Assembly: GCA_003228875.1 (NCBI GenBank)
Contig: QIGK01000093.1
Coordinates: 515-64,514, forward strand
DNA: 64,000 nt
Reading direction: 5' to 3'
Source: Rhodobacterales bacterium
Lineage (GTDB): Bacteria; Pseudomonadota; Alphaproteobacteria; Rhodobacterales; Rhodobacteraceae
Shown here: positions 26,785 to 36,643 of the stretch, piece by piece
How the letters are laid out: every line of letters begins with the position of its first letter
How positions within the stretch are numbered: the first letter of the stretch is position 1
The notes under the pieces: model-generated
The model's input: only the letters and a program-made list of their open reading frames with translations
Databases searched by the model: none
Told to the model about the DNA's origin: nothing
Translations under genes and position numbers: made by a program

Positions 26785-27861
26785 TTATTGAGGCAGCTCG
26801 CCGTCAATGCCCTCAACATAAAAGTTCAGGCCAGCCAAGCTGCCATCATCAGCGGTTTCACCAGCAGCCAGCCAGACAGAGCCGTCTTGTTTATTGATCG
26901 GGCCAGTGAAGGGCTGAAATTCACCCGATGCAATTGCGGCAATGGTTGCCGTCGCACGGGCCTGCACATCTGCCGGAATATTGTCGGAAAACGGTGCGAT
27001 GCCAACCATGCCTGCGCCGATACCATCCCAAACATCAGTGCTTTCCCATGTGCCATCTAAGACAGCACCAACGCGGTCAATGTAATAGGGGGCCCAATTG
27101 TCAAGGATCGCGGTTAGCTGGGCATTTGGCCCAAAGGCCGACATGTCAGACGCTTGACCAAAGGCATAAACGCCTTTTTCCTCGGCAATGGTCATGGCAG
27201 CAGGTGAATCGGTATGCTGCATGATCACGTCAACGCCTTGCTCGATCAACGCATTGGCAGCATCAGCTTCTTTGCCCGGGTCAAACCATGTGTAAACCCA
27301 AACCACTTTGAATTCCACGTCAGGATTTACCGATTTGGCAGCCAGATAAGCCGAGTTAATGCCACGCACCACTTCGGGGATCGGGAAGGAAGCAATATAG
27401 CCGATTTTGTTGGTTTCGGTCATCGCACCTGCGATTTCGCCAATCACATAACGGCCTTCATAGAAACGTGCCGAATAAGTGGCAACATTGTCAGCACGCT
27501 TAAAGCCTGTCGCGTGGGCAAAAGCCACATCGGGGAAATCCTCTGCGACGTTGATGGTTGGGTCCATATAGCCAAACGATGTCGTGAAAATAATATCCAT
27601 ACCGGCACGTGCCATCTGGCTCATGACCCGTTCGGCGTCAGCGCCTTCGGGTACGCTTTCAACAAAAGATGTCTCAACCCGGTCGCCATATTCGGCCTCT
27701 AAAGCCAAGCGGCCTTGGTCATGGGTCCAAGTCCAGCCCAGATCACCGATCGGGCCAACATAGATAAATCCGGCTTTGATGGGATCTTCGTCGGCAAAGG
27801 CCGCGCCGCTGAGGGCGAGGCCCATGGCTGCCGCTGTTGCCAGTGTTTTGGTAAATTTCAT
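26785..27861 (-). CDS. BMP-family ABC transporter substrate-binding protein (purine nucleoside type)
   Basis: 358 aa with a signal peptide. KAGFIYVGPIGDLGWT, FTTSFGY and YIASFPIPEVVRGIN, typical of the Bmp/PnrA family. Confidence 0.92.
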   Translation of the reverse strand: MKFTKTLATAAAMGLALSGAAFADEDPIKAGFIYVGPIGDLGWTWTHDQGRLALEAEYGDRVETSFVESVPEGADAERVMSQMARAGMDIIFTTSFGYMDPTINVAEDFPDVAFAHATGFKRADNVATYSARFYEGRYVIGEIAGAMTETNKIGYIASFPIPEVVRGINSAYLAAKSVNPDVEFKVVWVYTWFDPGKEADAANALIEQGVDVIMQHTDSPAAMTIAEEKGVYAFGQASDMSAFGPNAQLTAILDNWAPYYIDRVGAVLDGTWESTDVWDGIGAGMVGIAPFSDNIPADVQARATATIAAIASGEFQPFTGPINKQDGSVWLAAGETADDGSLAGLNFYVEGIDGELPQ

Positions 27862-27896
27862 TATATTTCTCCGTGTTTAGTTTAGTTTAATTGGCC

Positions 27897-28829
27897 TCAA
27901 TTGGAGGCATGGAAGGAACGGCCCAAACAGGCCGGAGCGTTCAAGCTGGCGCGTTTGCGATCAGCCGACATAATAACGAGAACAACAATGGTTACAATAT
28001 AAGGTGTCATGGAAAGATAAGCCGCAGAGATCGAGATTCCCAAAGCTTGCAAGCTTAGCTGCAAAATCGTGATGCCACCAAATAGATAGGCGCCCAGAAT
28101 GGCGCGCCATGGTTTCCAGCTGGCAAAAACCACAATCGCCAAAGCGATCCAGCCAATGCCTGCGGTCATGCCTTCGGTCCATTGGGGCACGCGGATCAGG
28201 CTGACATATGCGCCACCAAGCCCCGCGCAGGCCCCGCCAAACATGATGGCACCAAAGCGGATCATCACCACGTTATAGCCCAGCGAGTGCGCGGCATCAT
28301 GGTTTTCACCACAAGCCCGCAAGATCAGGCCGCCTCGCGTGCGGTTCAGGAAATACCAGACAGCGGCGACAAGAAAGATCGAGAAATAAATCACCGGATC
28401 ATAGCTGAATAACAATTCGCCAACAATCGGCAGATCACTCAGGCCTTCTATGTTCAGACGTGGCGTTGGCGGAGGTTTGATGCCGTTATAATCGCCCCCC
28501 AGAAGCGCTGCCAAACCAAGCCCGAACAGGGTAAGCGCCAGACCGGTCGCCACCTGATTTGATCGCAAGAACTGGGTCAAAAAACCGAAGATCATCGCCA
28601 CAAGCGCGCCACCAACCATGGAACCCAGCATCCCCGCATAAGGCGATGCGGTTTCTGTGGCGACAATAAAGCCGGTGACTGCACCGATAATCATCATGCC
28701 TTCAACACCCAAGTTAAGCACACCGGACTTTTCGACAACCAGCTCACCAAGGGCGGCCAGTAAAATGGGGGTGGCAGCGCCGACTAAAAGAACGATCATG
28801 GCCACCGGGTTTAGCGATGAAAAATCCAT
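27897..28829 (-). CDS. ABC transporter permease (nucleoside/sugar type, second permease)
   Basis: 310 aa polytopic protein of the BPD/RbsC-like permease family, within the BMP transporter operon. Confidence 0.9.
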   Translation of the reverse strand: MDFSSLNPVAMIVLLVGAATPILLAALGELVVEKSGVLNLGVEGMMIIGAVTGFIVATETASPYAGMLGSMVGGALVAMIFGFLTQFLRSNQVATGLALTLFGLGLAALLGGDYNGIKPPPTPRLNIEGLSDLPIVGELLFSYDPVIYFSIFLVAAVWYFLNRTRGGLILRACGENHDAAHSLGYNVVMIRFGAIMFGGACAGLGGAYVSLIRVPQWTEGMTAGIGWIALAIVVFASWKPWRAILGAYLFGGITILQLSLQALGISISAAYLSMTPYIVTIVVLVIMSADRKRASLNAPACLGRSFHASN

Positions 28830-29899
28830 TATGAAGCTCCCTTAGAAAACCGAATGCGATAACTGATAAGAATTTCCACCGCGAGTAGGAAAAACAGCAA
28901 CATTCCCTGAAATACCCGCACCGCCGCCGAAGGCAGCTGAAGCATGAACTGGGCGTTTTCGCCGCCAATAAAAGTGCCAGCCAAAACCACGCCAGCCAGC
29001 AAAATGCCCACCGGATGCAAGCGTCCCAGAAAGGCCACAATGATGGCAGTAAACCCGTATCCAACCGGAAAGTTGGTAGTCAGCTTGCCAGCAGGGCCGG
29101 TTAGCTCAAATAATCCGGCCAAACCGGCCAGCGCGCCGGAAATGCCCAGACAAACCGCAATGATGATTGACGGGTTTACGCCTGCAAACCGCGCGGCACG
29201 CGGCGAATCTCCGGTAAGTTTAATGTTGAACCCTAGGGAATGCCTTTGCAGCAATATAAACGCCCCCGCCAAAGCAATCAGCGCCACAACCCCGCCGACA
29301 TGCAGGCCTAGCGGTTCAAATATCATCGGCAGCTCTGTTGCGTCATTGCGCGAAAAACTGCGGCTTTCGGGAAAATTAAACCCGTCCGGGTCACGCAGCG
29401 GGCCAATTACCATTGCCGATAACAGATTTTGCGCAACGTAAACCAGCATTAGCGATACTAATATTTCGTTGGCGTTAAACCGGATTTTCAAAATTGCGGG
29501 GATCATCGCCCAGGCAAAACCACCCACAGCACCCATGATGGCCATGAACGGCAATATCCACCAGCCCTCCATGCCCCATAATGCCAGCCCGGTTGCGCCG
29601 CCCACCAGCGCGCCCATAATAAACTGGCCCTCGGCCCCGATGTTCCACACACCTGCGCGGAACCCCAAGGACAAGCCGATGGCAATCAGGATCAATGGCG
29701 CAGCTTTGATAAACAGTTGTGACAGGTTGAAACTGTCAAGGAACGGGTCAAAAAAGATGATCCATATCGCATCAAACGGGTTAATGCCCAGCATTGCAAA
29801 CAATGCCCCGCCAACGACCATGGTCAACGCAACCGCAATAAGCGGCGTGAAATACAGCATCATATTGGAGGCTTTTTGCCTTGGTTCAAGCCTCAGCAT
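28829..29899 (-). CDS. ABC transporter permease (nucleoside/sugar type, first permease)
   Basis: 356 aa polytopic protein. NIGAEGQFIMGAL motif. One-nucleotide overlap with the next permease. Confidence 0.9.
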   Translation of the reverse strand: MLRLEPRQKASNMMLYFTPLIAVALTMVVGGALFAMLGINPFDAIWIIFFDPFLDSFNLSQLFIKAAPLILIAIGLSLGFRAGVWNIGAEGQFIMGALVGGATGLALWGMEGWWILPFMAIMGAVGGFAWAMIPAILKIRFNANEILVSLMLVYVAQNLLSAMVIGPLRDPDGFNFPESRSFSRNDATELPMIFEPLGLHVGGVVALIALAGAFILLQRHSLGFNIKLTGDSPRAARFAGVNPSIIIAVCLGISGALAGLAGLFELTGPAGKLTTNFPVGYGFTAIIVAFLGRLHPVGILLAGVVLAGTFIGGENAQFMLQLPSAAVRVFQGMLLFFLLAVEILISYRIRFSKGAS

Positions 29900-31403
29900 G
29901 TTGTGCTCCCTCCAATTGTCCGCCCATCATTAATCCGATCTCGTCAATGGTCAGCCCTTCGGCAATTTGTGGTTTTGACATCGCGCCTTCGGCCAAAACC
30001 GCAAAGGTATCTGACATTTCCATCAATTCATCCAGATCCTGACTTACCACCAAAACCGCAGCGCCGCTTTCGGCAAGTTCCTGAATGGCGCGCCTAATCG
30101 CAGCGGCGGCAGCGGCGTCTACCCCCCATGTGGGCTGGTTAACCACCAGAACCTCGGGGCTTTGCAGCACCTCGCGGCCAATGACAAATTTTTGCAGATT
30201 ACCGCCGGATAATGCCTTGGCCATCACCTTTATGCTGGGGGTGCGCACGTCAAATTCTTTGACAATATGTTTGGCAAATTCATCAATTTTACGGTGTTTC
30301 AAAAAACCTTTATTGGCCAACCCCATGCGGATTGATCCGGTCAGCAAGGCATTATCCGCGAGGCTCATGGCAGGTGCGGCCGCATGGCCCAGCCGCTCTT
30401 CGGGGCCGGTCAACAGGCCCAGTTTGCGACGCTCATTGGGGCCAAGCCGGCCAATTGCCGCGCCTTTCAAAACAATCATTTCTTTATCGACGAGTCGTTC
30501 ACCCGACAGAGAGGCCAGCAATTCATCCTGCCCATTGCCCGCCACGCCACCAATGCCCATGATCTCACCCTTGCGCAGGCTAAGGCTGACATTTTTGAGG
30601 TTGGTGCCAAAGGGATCGGTCGAATCCAACGACAGGTTTTTAATTTCCAACACTGCTTCACCGGGGTTGAATTCGCGAGGTTTTGGCATTTCCAGCTCGC
30701 CACCAATCATCATTTCAGCCATGGAGCGCGCCGTTTCATTGGCAGGAATGCAGGTGTCTACCACCTTGCCCATGCGCAAAACCGTGGCATGGTCACAAAG
30801 GGCTTTGATCTCGTCAAGCTTATGGGAAATATAAAGAATTGCCACACCGTTGGCCGATAATTTGCGCAGGGTGCCAAACAAAGTCTCGACCTCTTGCGGG
30901 GTTAGCACACTGGTCGGTTCATCCATGATCAACAGGCGCGGGTTTTGCAACAGACACCGGATGATTTCCACCCGCTGGCGTTCGCCCACGGAAAGATCGC
31001 CGATCAGGCGGTCAGGGTCCAGCGGCAAGCCATATTCGTTGGAAACCTTACGAATCTGGGCTGAAAGTTCCTTACGGCTGGGGGCAACATCCATCCCCAA
31101 GGTGATGTTTTCGGCAACGGTCAAGGCTTCGAACAGAGAAAAATGCTGAAACACCATCGACACGCCTTTTTGACGTGCAAAAAACGGTTTTGGCGGGGCG
31201 AATTTTTCACCATTCAGGATCATGGCACCGCTATCGGGGCGCACCAGCCCGTAAATCATCTTTACCAGCGTTGATTTTCCGGCACCGTTTTCGCCCAGCA
31301 AGGCATGGATTTCGCCTTCCTGTATCTGGAATGAAATATCGTCATTGGCTTTAACCCCGGGATAGGATTTTGACAGCCCCTGAATATCCAGCAAAACGCT
31401 CAC
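29886..31403 (-). CDS. ABC transporter ATP-binding protein with two fused ATPase domains
   Basis: 505 aa. Walker A GENGAGKST, signature LSVGERQRVEI, Walker B LLIMDEPT, and a second degenerate cassette LSGGNLQK / VLVVNQPTWGVD. Confidence 0.93.
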   Translation of the reverse strand: MSVLLDIQGLSKSYPGVKANDDISFQIQEGEIHALLGENGAGKSTLVKMIYGLVRPDSGAMILNGEKFAPPKPFFARQKGVSMVFQHFSLFEALTVAENITLGMDVAPSRKELSAQIRKVSNEYGLPLDPDRLIGDLSVGERQRVEIIRCLLQNPRLLIMDEPTSVLTPQEVETLFGTLRKLSANGVAILYISHKLDEIKALCDHATVLRMGKVVDTCIPANETARSMAEMMIGGELEMPKPREFNPGEAVLEIKNLSLDSTDPFGTNLKNVSLSLRKGEIMGIGGVAGNGQDELLASLSGERLVDKEMIVLKGAAIGRLGPNERRKLGLLTGPEERLGHAAAPAMSLADNALLTGSIRMGLANKGFLKHRKIDEFAKHIVKEFDVRTPSIKVMAKALSGGNLQKFVIGREVLQSPEVLVVNQPTWGVDAAAAAAIRRAIQELAESGAAVLVVSQDLDELMEMSDTFAVLAEGAMSKPQIAEGLTIDEIGLMMGGQLEGAQHAEA

Positions 31404-32356
31404 GCGCTGACCCTCCCCGTGGTTTCTTGTTGTTGTTTTATGTTAGATTGCATTAACCAATAAGCAAGCCCAATCGCGATGGCTTGGGGGGTTTTTCCAA
31501 GGCTGCGATCGCCAATCGGGCATTGCAGGCGGTTTAGTGTGGGTTCGGAATGGCCCAATTCCCGCAACCGTTTCAAAAACCGAGCTTTTTTGCTGGCCGA
31601 ACCGATCAGACCCAAATGCCCGAATGGCTGCGATAACACCTGATGGCAGATTTCCAGATCATGGGCATGGGAATAAGTCAGCACAAAATGCAATGCATTG
31701 TCCGGCGCGTTTGCAACTAACGCGGCGGGGTTAATATTGGCCTGCCACGCCACAGGAATTGCATCCGGAAACCGGTTTTTGTGGGTATCGATCCATGTAA
31801 TATCAAAAGGCAATCCCGTCAGAACCCGCACAATTTCACACCCCACATGCCCTGCGCCATAAAGAAACAGCGGGGCATGCTTGGTCTTCAGGCTTTCCCT
31901 GAACCACCCCGCATGGCTCCCTGCGCCCGATCGCTCGGCCCGCAACAAACGCGAGGCCTGCAATGGCGCAGGCGTCGGGCTGATCCCGTCCGCCTTCGGG
32001 CGGGTGAAGCTCGGCGCGGCCCCTTTGATCGTGGCAATTTCAAAATCGGCGTAGCGTTCCAGCAACAAGGTTACTGTGCCGCCGCAACATTGGTTTAGCG
32101 CTGGGCCAAGCGGCATTTTTAATTCGCTCCGCCGCCATTCTCCCGATAATCCAAGCATTTTCCGAGCGGCTTTTGCTGCCTGCCATTCCAGCGCGCCACC
32201 GCCGATTGTGCCTGATTGGCCTGCACCCCAAACCAGCATCGAAGCACCGGTTTCGCGTGGAGTTGATCCTTGAAATCCGCTCACCACAATGCGCACCACA
32301 GGGCCGTTTGTTGCCACTGCTTTTGACAGTTCTATAAAATCAAACCCCTCTACCAT
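31400..32356 (-). CDS. xdhC: Xanthine dehydrogenase accessory protein XdhC
   Basis: 318 aa. GSTPRE, CGGTV and LFLYGAGHVG (Rossmann) segments. Located directly after xdhB. Confidence 0.88.
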   Translation of the reverse strand: MVEGFDFIELSKAVATNGPVVRIVVSGFQGSTPRETGASMLVWGAGQSGTIGGGALEWQAAKAARKMLGLSGEWRRSELKMPLGPALNQCCGGTVTLLLERYADFEIATIKGAAPSFTRPKADGISPTPAPLQASRLLRAERSGAGSHAGWFRESLKTKHAPLFLYGAGHVGCEIVRVLTGLPFDITWIDTHKNRFPDAIPVAWQANINPAALVANAPDNALHFVLTYSHAHDLEICHQVLSQPFGHLGLIGSASKKARFLKRLRELGHSEPTLNRLQCPIGDRSLGKTPQAIAIGLAYWLMQSNIKQQQETTGRVSA

Positions 32357-34620
32357 GGATTGCCCGACAGTTTATCCGCAGCCTGCAAAATACGTTCGCA
32401 AGTGGCGGGGGCGTCAATATCGGGGTAGCTATCACCGCAAGCGGCAATCGCATGGGACAGGGCCAGATAGGCTGAAATCCCCAGTGAAAACGGAGGCTCG
32501 CCCACGGCTTTGGACCGATAAATAGTGTTTTCGCTGTTTTCCCCATCCCACAACGCCACATTGAATATTTCCGGCGTATCCGAGCAGGCCGGAATTTTAT
32601 AGGTGCTGGGCGCGTGGCTCAGCAGGCTGCCTTTGTCATTCCAGACCAGCTCTTCCATGGTTAACCAGCCCGCACCTTGCACATAGCCACCCTCGATCTG
32701 GCCGATATCCAGTGCTGGGTTCAGGCTGCGGCCTGCATCATGCAGAATATCCGTGCGCAGGATACGGTTTTCACCAGTCAGCGTGTCGATCACGCATTCG
32801 GTCACCGCTGCCCCATAAGAAAAATAAAGGAAAGGCCGGCCTTTGCCTGCCATACGATCCCATTTGATTTTGGGCGTTTTATAAAACCCCGTGGCCGAGA
32901 GCTGAATGCGCCCAACATAAGCCGCGCCAGCCAAATCGCCAAATGTCATGGTTTTGTCATCAATCGTGACGTTGCCACCGGCAAATGAAACTTCGCCTTC
33001 CCATTTTTTCTTGGCAAATTCGACAAGGCGTTCCTTGATGGTTTCACACGCCGCCTTGCAGGCCATGCCGTTCAGATCGGACCCCGAGCTGGCCGCCGTG
33101 GCTGATGTATTGGGCACTTTGCCGGTATCGGTAGCGGTGATTTTTATCGCCGATACATCCAGACCAAACACCTCAGCCGCGACCTGTGCGATTTTGGTAT
33201 TCAAGCCTTGGCCCATTTCAGTGCCACCATGGTTCAGATGCACCGAGCCATCGGAATACACATGCACCAAAGCCCCCGCCTGATTAAGATGGGTCAGGGT
33301 GAATGAAATGCCGAACTTCACCGGCGTCAGGGCAATACCGCGTTTCAAAACCGGGTTTTTGGCATTGTATTCAGCGATTTCAGCCCGCCGTTTGATGTAA
33401 TCGGAGGATGCCGCCAGCGCCGCCACCAGTTCAGCCGAAATACTGTCGGTGACGTCCATATGATAGGGGGTTTTCTGGTCGCCGCCGGTTTGGTAAAAAT
33501 TAACTTTGCGCACCTCCAGCGGATCAACCCCCAGATCATGGGCGATATGGTCCATGACCCGTTCAACGCCAACAATCCCCTGCGGCCCGCCAAAGCCCCT
33601 ATAGGCGGTGTTGGATTGGGTGTTGGTGCGCATCCGGTGTGATAAAATCTTGGCATTGGGCAGGTAATACGCATTGTCAGCGTGCAGCATGGCGCGGTCG
33701 CCAACGGGAATAGACAGGTCAAGCGCCCAGCCACAGCGCACATGATGTTCAAAGATCACGGATTGCAGCTTGCCTGCATCATCAAACCCCGCGCGATACG
33801 CAATGCGGAATTCATGGCGTTTGCCGGTGATGATCATGTCATCATCGCGGTCATAGCGCATTTTGGCGGGGCGTTGCAGCATTTGGGCGACCACCGCACA
33901 GGAAACCGCCAAAGCGTTACCTTGGGATTCTTTGCCACCGAAACCACCGCCCATACGGCGGGTTTCAACCCGCACGGCATTATACGGCACGCCCAGCGCA
34001 GCGGCGACTTTGTGTTGAATTTCGGTTGGGTGCTGGGTTGATGAATGCACCAGCATGTCACCCTCGGAGGGCAGGGCAAAGCTGGCTTGGCCCTCCAGAT
34101 AAAAATGTTCCTGCCCACCGATTTCAAACTGGCCGCTGATCTGGCGAGGGGCATTTTCAAAAGCTTTCGCTGGGTTACCAATGGAAAACTCTAGCGGCTT
34201 TTCAAAACGGCTATCGGCTTTGATTGCATCATCAATTGTCAGCAGCACGGGTTTTTCAATATATTCTATTTTGCCCAGCCGTGCGGCCTTGCGGGCATTT
34301 AGGTGGCTGTCAGCAACTACCAAAAAGATCGGCTGGCCGATATAATGGACCACACCGGTTGCCAGCAGCGGTTCATCATGGATGGAGGGCGAAACATCGT
34401 TTTCAAAGGGCAGATCATCGGCGGTCAGCACCGCAATCACGCCTTTGGCGGTGCGAACCGCATCAAGATCAACCGAGGCCAGATCTGCATGGGCGTTTTG
34501 TGACAGACCAAAAGCCAGATGCACGGTGTTGGCGGGCAGTGGCATATCATCCACATAACGCGCCGTGCCGGTTACATGGGCAGGGCCGCTATCATGGGGG
34601 ACGGATTTATGGACGCTCAT
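32350..34620 (-). CDS. xdhB: Xanthine dehydrogenase molybdopterin-binding subunit
   Basis: 756 aa. GGGFGGKE, AYRGFGGPQG and TEMGQG motifs of the aldehyde oxidase/xanthine dehydrogenase family. Confidence 0.95.
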   Translation of the reverse strand: MSVHKSVPHDSGPAHVTGTARYVDDMPLPANTVHLAFGLSQNAHADLASVDLDAVRTAKGVIAVLTADDLPFENDVSPSIHDEPLLATGVVHYIGQPIFLVVADSHLNARKAARLGKIEYIEKPVLLTIDDAIKADSRFEKPLEFSIGNPAKAFENAPRQISGQFEIGGQEHFYLEGQASFALPSEGDMLVHSSTQHPTEIQHKVAAALGVPYNAVRVETRRMGGGFGGKESQGNALAVSCAVVAQMLQRPAKMRYDRDDDMIITGKRHEFRIAYRAGFDDAGKLQSVIFEHHVRCGWALDLSIPVGDRAMLHADNAYYLPNAKILSHRMRTNTQSNTAYRGFGGPQGIVGVERVMDHIAHDLGVDPLEVRKVNFYQTGGDQKTPYHMDVTDSISAELVAALAASSDYIKRRAEIAEYNAKNPVLKRGIALTPVKFGISFTLTHLNQAGALVHVYSDGSVHLNHGGTEMGQGLNTKIAQVAAEVFGLDVSAIKITATDTGKVPNTSATAASSGSDLNGMACKAACETIKERLVEFAKKKWEGEVSFAGGNVTIDDKTMTFGDLAGAAYVGRIQLSATGFYKTPKIKWDRMAGKGRPFLYFSYGAAVTECVIDTLTGENRILRTDILHDAGRSLNPALDIGQIEGGYVQGAGWLTMEELVWNDKGSLLSHAPSTYKIPACSDTPEIFNVALWDGENSENTIYRSKAVGEPPFSLGISAYLALSHAIAACGDSYPDIDAPATCERILQAADKLSGNPW

Positions 34621-36017
34621 TTTGCCATCTCCGCCAAAACATTTGCGCTTTGGTCATTGCGCGAAAGCCAATAACGCCAAAGCAGGTTTTGCACGATTTT
34701 CATGCGATATTCAGCGCTGGCTCGAACGTCGGTCAACGGGGTGAAATCATTGGTAAACTGTTGCATAGCGGCTTTGATGGTGGCTTCGCGCCAAGGTTGG
34801 CCTATTAGCGCGGCCTCAACCGCGTTGGCACGCTTCGGGGTGGCGGCCATACCGCCAAAAGCAATGCGGGCATCGGTGATTATATTATTTTCAACCGTAA
34901 TATTAAACGCCCCGCACACCGCTGAGATATCCTGATCAAAGCGTTTCGAGATTTTATAAACACCGACTGTATCCGGCTGGTCGGGAATAAATATGCTTTC
35001 CAGAAACTCGCCCGGTTCACGGTCCTGTTTGCCATAGCTGATATAAAAATCCTCTAGCAACATAGAGCGGCGTTTACCGGCCCGCCGAAGCGTTATGCTG
35101 GCCCCAAGCGCAATCAGGGGCGGCGGGCCATCGCCAATTGGCGATCCGTTGGCGATATTGCCGCCGATTGTGCCGGAATTTCGAACTTGAACCGAACCAT
35201 ACCGGCGCAACATCTCAGCAAAATCCGAATGCTTGCCAATCATCGCACCGCGAAACTGCGCCACGGTAACACCCGCACCAATACGCAATCCGTTTTTTTC
35301 CTGTATGATGGTTTTCAACGCGTCCAAACGGTGCAGAAAGGCAACATCAGGGAATTCGCGCAGGGCTTTCGTGACTTGCAAACCAATATCGGTGGCACCG
35401 GCTATCAGGGTTGCATCGGGGTTATCCGCATACCAACTGGCAAAATTATCAAGATCAGTGGGGATATAAGCGCCATTGATATTCTCATCGCCATTTTGCA
35501 ATGCTAAAAGCGCCTCAGCTTCGTCAAAAAACATTTCTGGCTGAGGAACCGATGCGGCGGCTTTTGCGGCGCGTTGGATCGGCGCGTAACCTGTGCAGCG
35601 GCAAAGGTTTCCGGCCAGCACATTATCATTGTCTTGGCGGCCTTCGCGATGGGCAGCATAAAGCGATATCACAATCCCCGGTGTGCAAAACCCGCATTGG
35701 GAGCCATGATGCTCGACCATGGCCGATTGCACCGGATGCAGCACGCCGTCTTTGGAAATGCCCTCAACGGTGGTTAGGGATTTGCCGTGTAAATGGGGCA
35801 AAAACAGGATGCACGCATTAACAGCGCGGTGGGTCAGTTGGCCGTCTTCTATTGCGGCCAGTGAAACTGAACAGGCCCCGCAATCGCCCTCGTTGCAGCC
35901 TTCTTTGGTGCCGGTCAAATGTTTGGATTCGCGCAACCAGTCCAGCACCGAGGCGGTGGGGTCGGGGTTTTGCAGCGTGACCTGTTCACCATTCAAAAGA
36001 AAGCGGATATCGCCCAT
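34617..36017 (-). CDS. xdhA: Xanthine dehydrogenase small subunit (2Fe-2S plus FAD-binding)
   Basis: 466 aa. CNEGDCGACSV and CGFCTPG / CRCTGY iron-sulfur motifs, followed by an FAD-binding (CO dehydrogenase flavoprotein-like) domain. Confidence 0.95.
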   Translation of the reverse strand: MGDIRFLLNGEQVTLQNPDPTASVLDWLRESKHLTGTKEGCNEGDCGACSVSLAAIEDGQLTHRAVNACILFLPHLHGKSLTTVEGISKDGVLHPVQSAMVEHHGSQCGFCTPGIVISLYAAHREGRQDNDNVLAGNLCRCTGYAPIQRAAKAAASVPQPEMFFDEAEALLALQNGDENINGAYIPTDLDNFASWYADNPDATLIAGATDIGLQVTKALREFPDVAFLHRLDALKTIIQEKNGLRIGAGVTVAQFRGAMIGKHSDFAEMLRRYGSVQVRNSGTIGGNIANGSPIGDGPPPLIALGASITLRRAGKRRSMLLEDFYISYGKQDREPGEFLESIFIPDQPDTVGVYKISKRFDQDISAVCGAFNITVENNIITDARIAFGGMAATPKRANAVEAALIGQPWREATIKAAMQQFTNDFTPLTDVRASAEYRMKIVQNLLWRYWLSRNDQSANVLAEMAK

Positions 36018-36364
36018 CAGCTGCCCCTGTATGTTGAATAACCAAAGGCTGAAAGCAACAAGGGAACATGATAATGCTTATCCTCAGCAATACCGAAACG
36101 CAGCGGGATGATGTTCAGGAATTTTGGGTCAGGCAGGTCTTGGGTGGTGGTTTCCAAATAGGCCCCCGCATGGAAAACCAGCTCATATTCACCTAGTTGA
36201 AAGGTGTCGCCCTCAAGGATCGGGGCATCAACGCGCCCGTCGGCATTGGTTATCACCTCTGCCAGTTTTTTGCGCCCACCTGTCAGGCGAAAAACCTCAA
36301 TCCGCAGGCCTTCGGCAGGATTACCGCTGCCGGTATTAAGCACATGTGTTGTCAATTTTCCCAT
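36017..36364 (-). CDS. uraH: 5-hydroxyisourate hydrolase (transthyretin-like)
   Basis: 115 aa from ATG 36364. [16 protein letters not shown] start and the family-diagnostic C terminus [18 protein letters not shown]. One-nucleotide overlap with xdhA. Confidence 0.9.
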   Translation of the reverse strand: MGKLTTHVLNTGSGNPAEGLRIEVFRLTGGRKKLAEVITNADGRVDAPILEGDTFQLGEYELVFHAGAYLETTTQDLPDPKFLNIIPLRFGIAEDKHYHVPLLLSAFGYSTYRGS

Positions 36365-36643
36365 ATTGTCCACCAGTCGTTTTTTGCAAAAGCTGGCTTG
36401 GCAATCATCCCAGCCGATTTGCGAGAATAGTGACATTTTTCAATGCCGAGCATATTCCGCGCATTATGGCCAAGCGGACCGGCCGACAAGAATTGGAATA
36501 ATACAAACCAATTCTATTCTTGCTCAGAGTAACCTGCTTTGCCCTTTTTGCAAATATTTTTTTGTGGCTTTGTTTTTGGGGTGTATTTCCGGCCAATAAT
36601 ATTTAATCTCGTAAAAGTTCCATATCATTTCCAAAGGCTCCGA

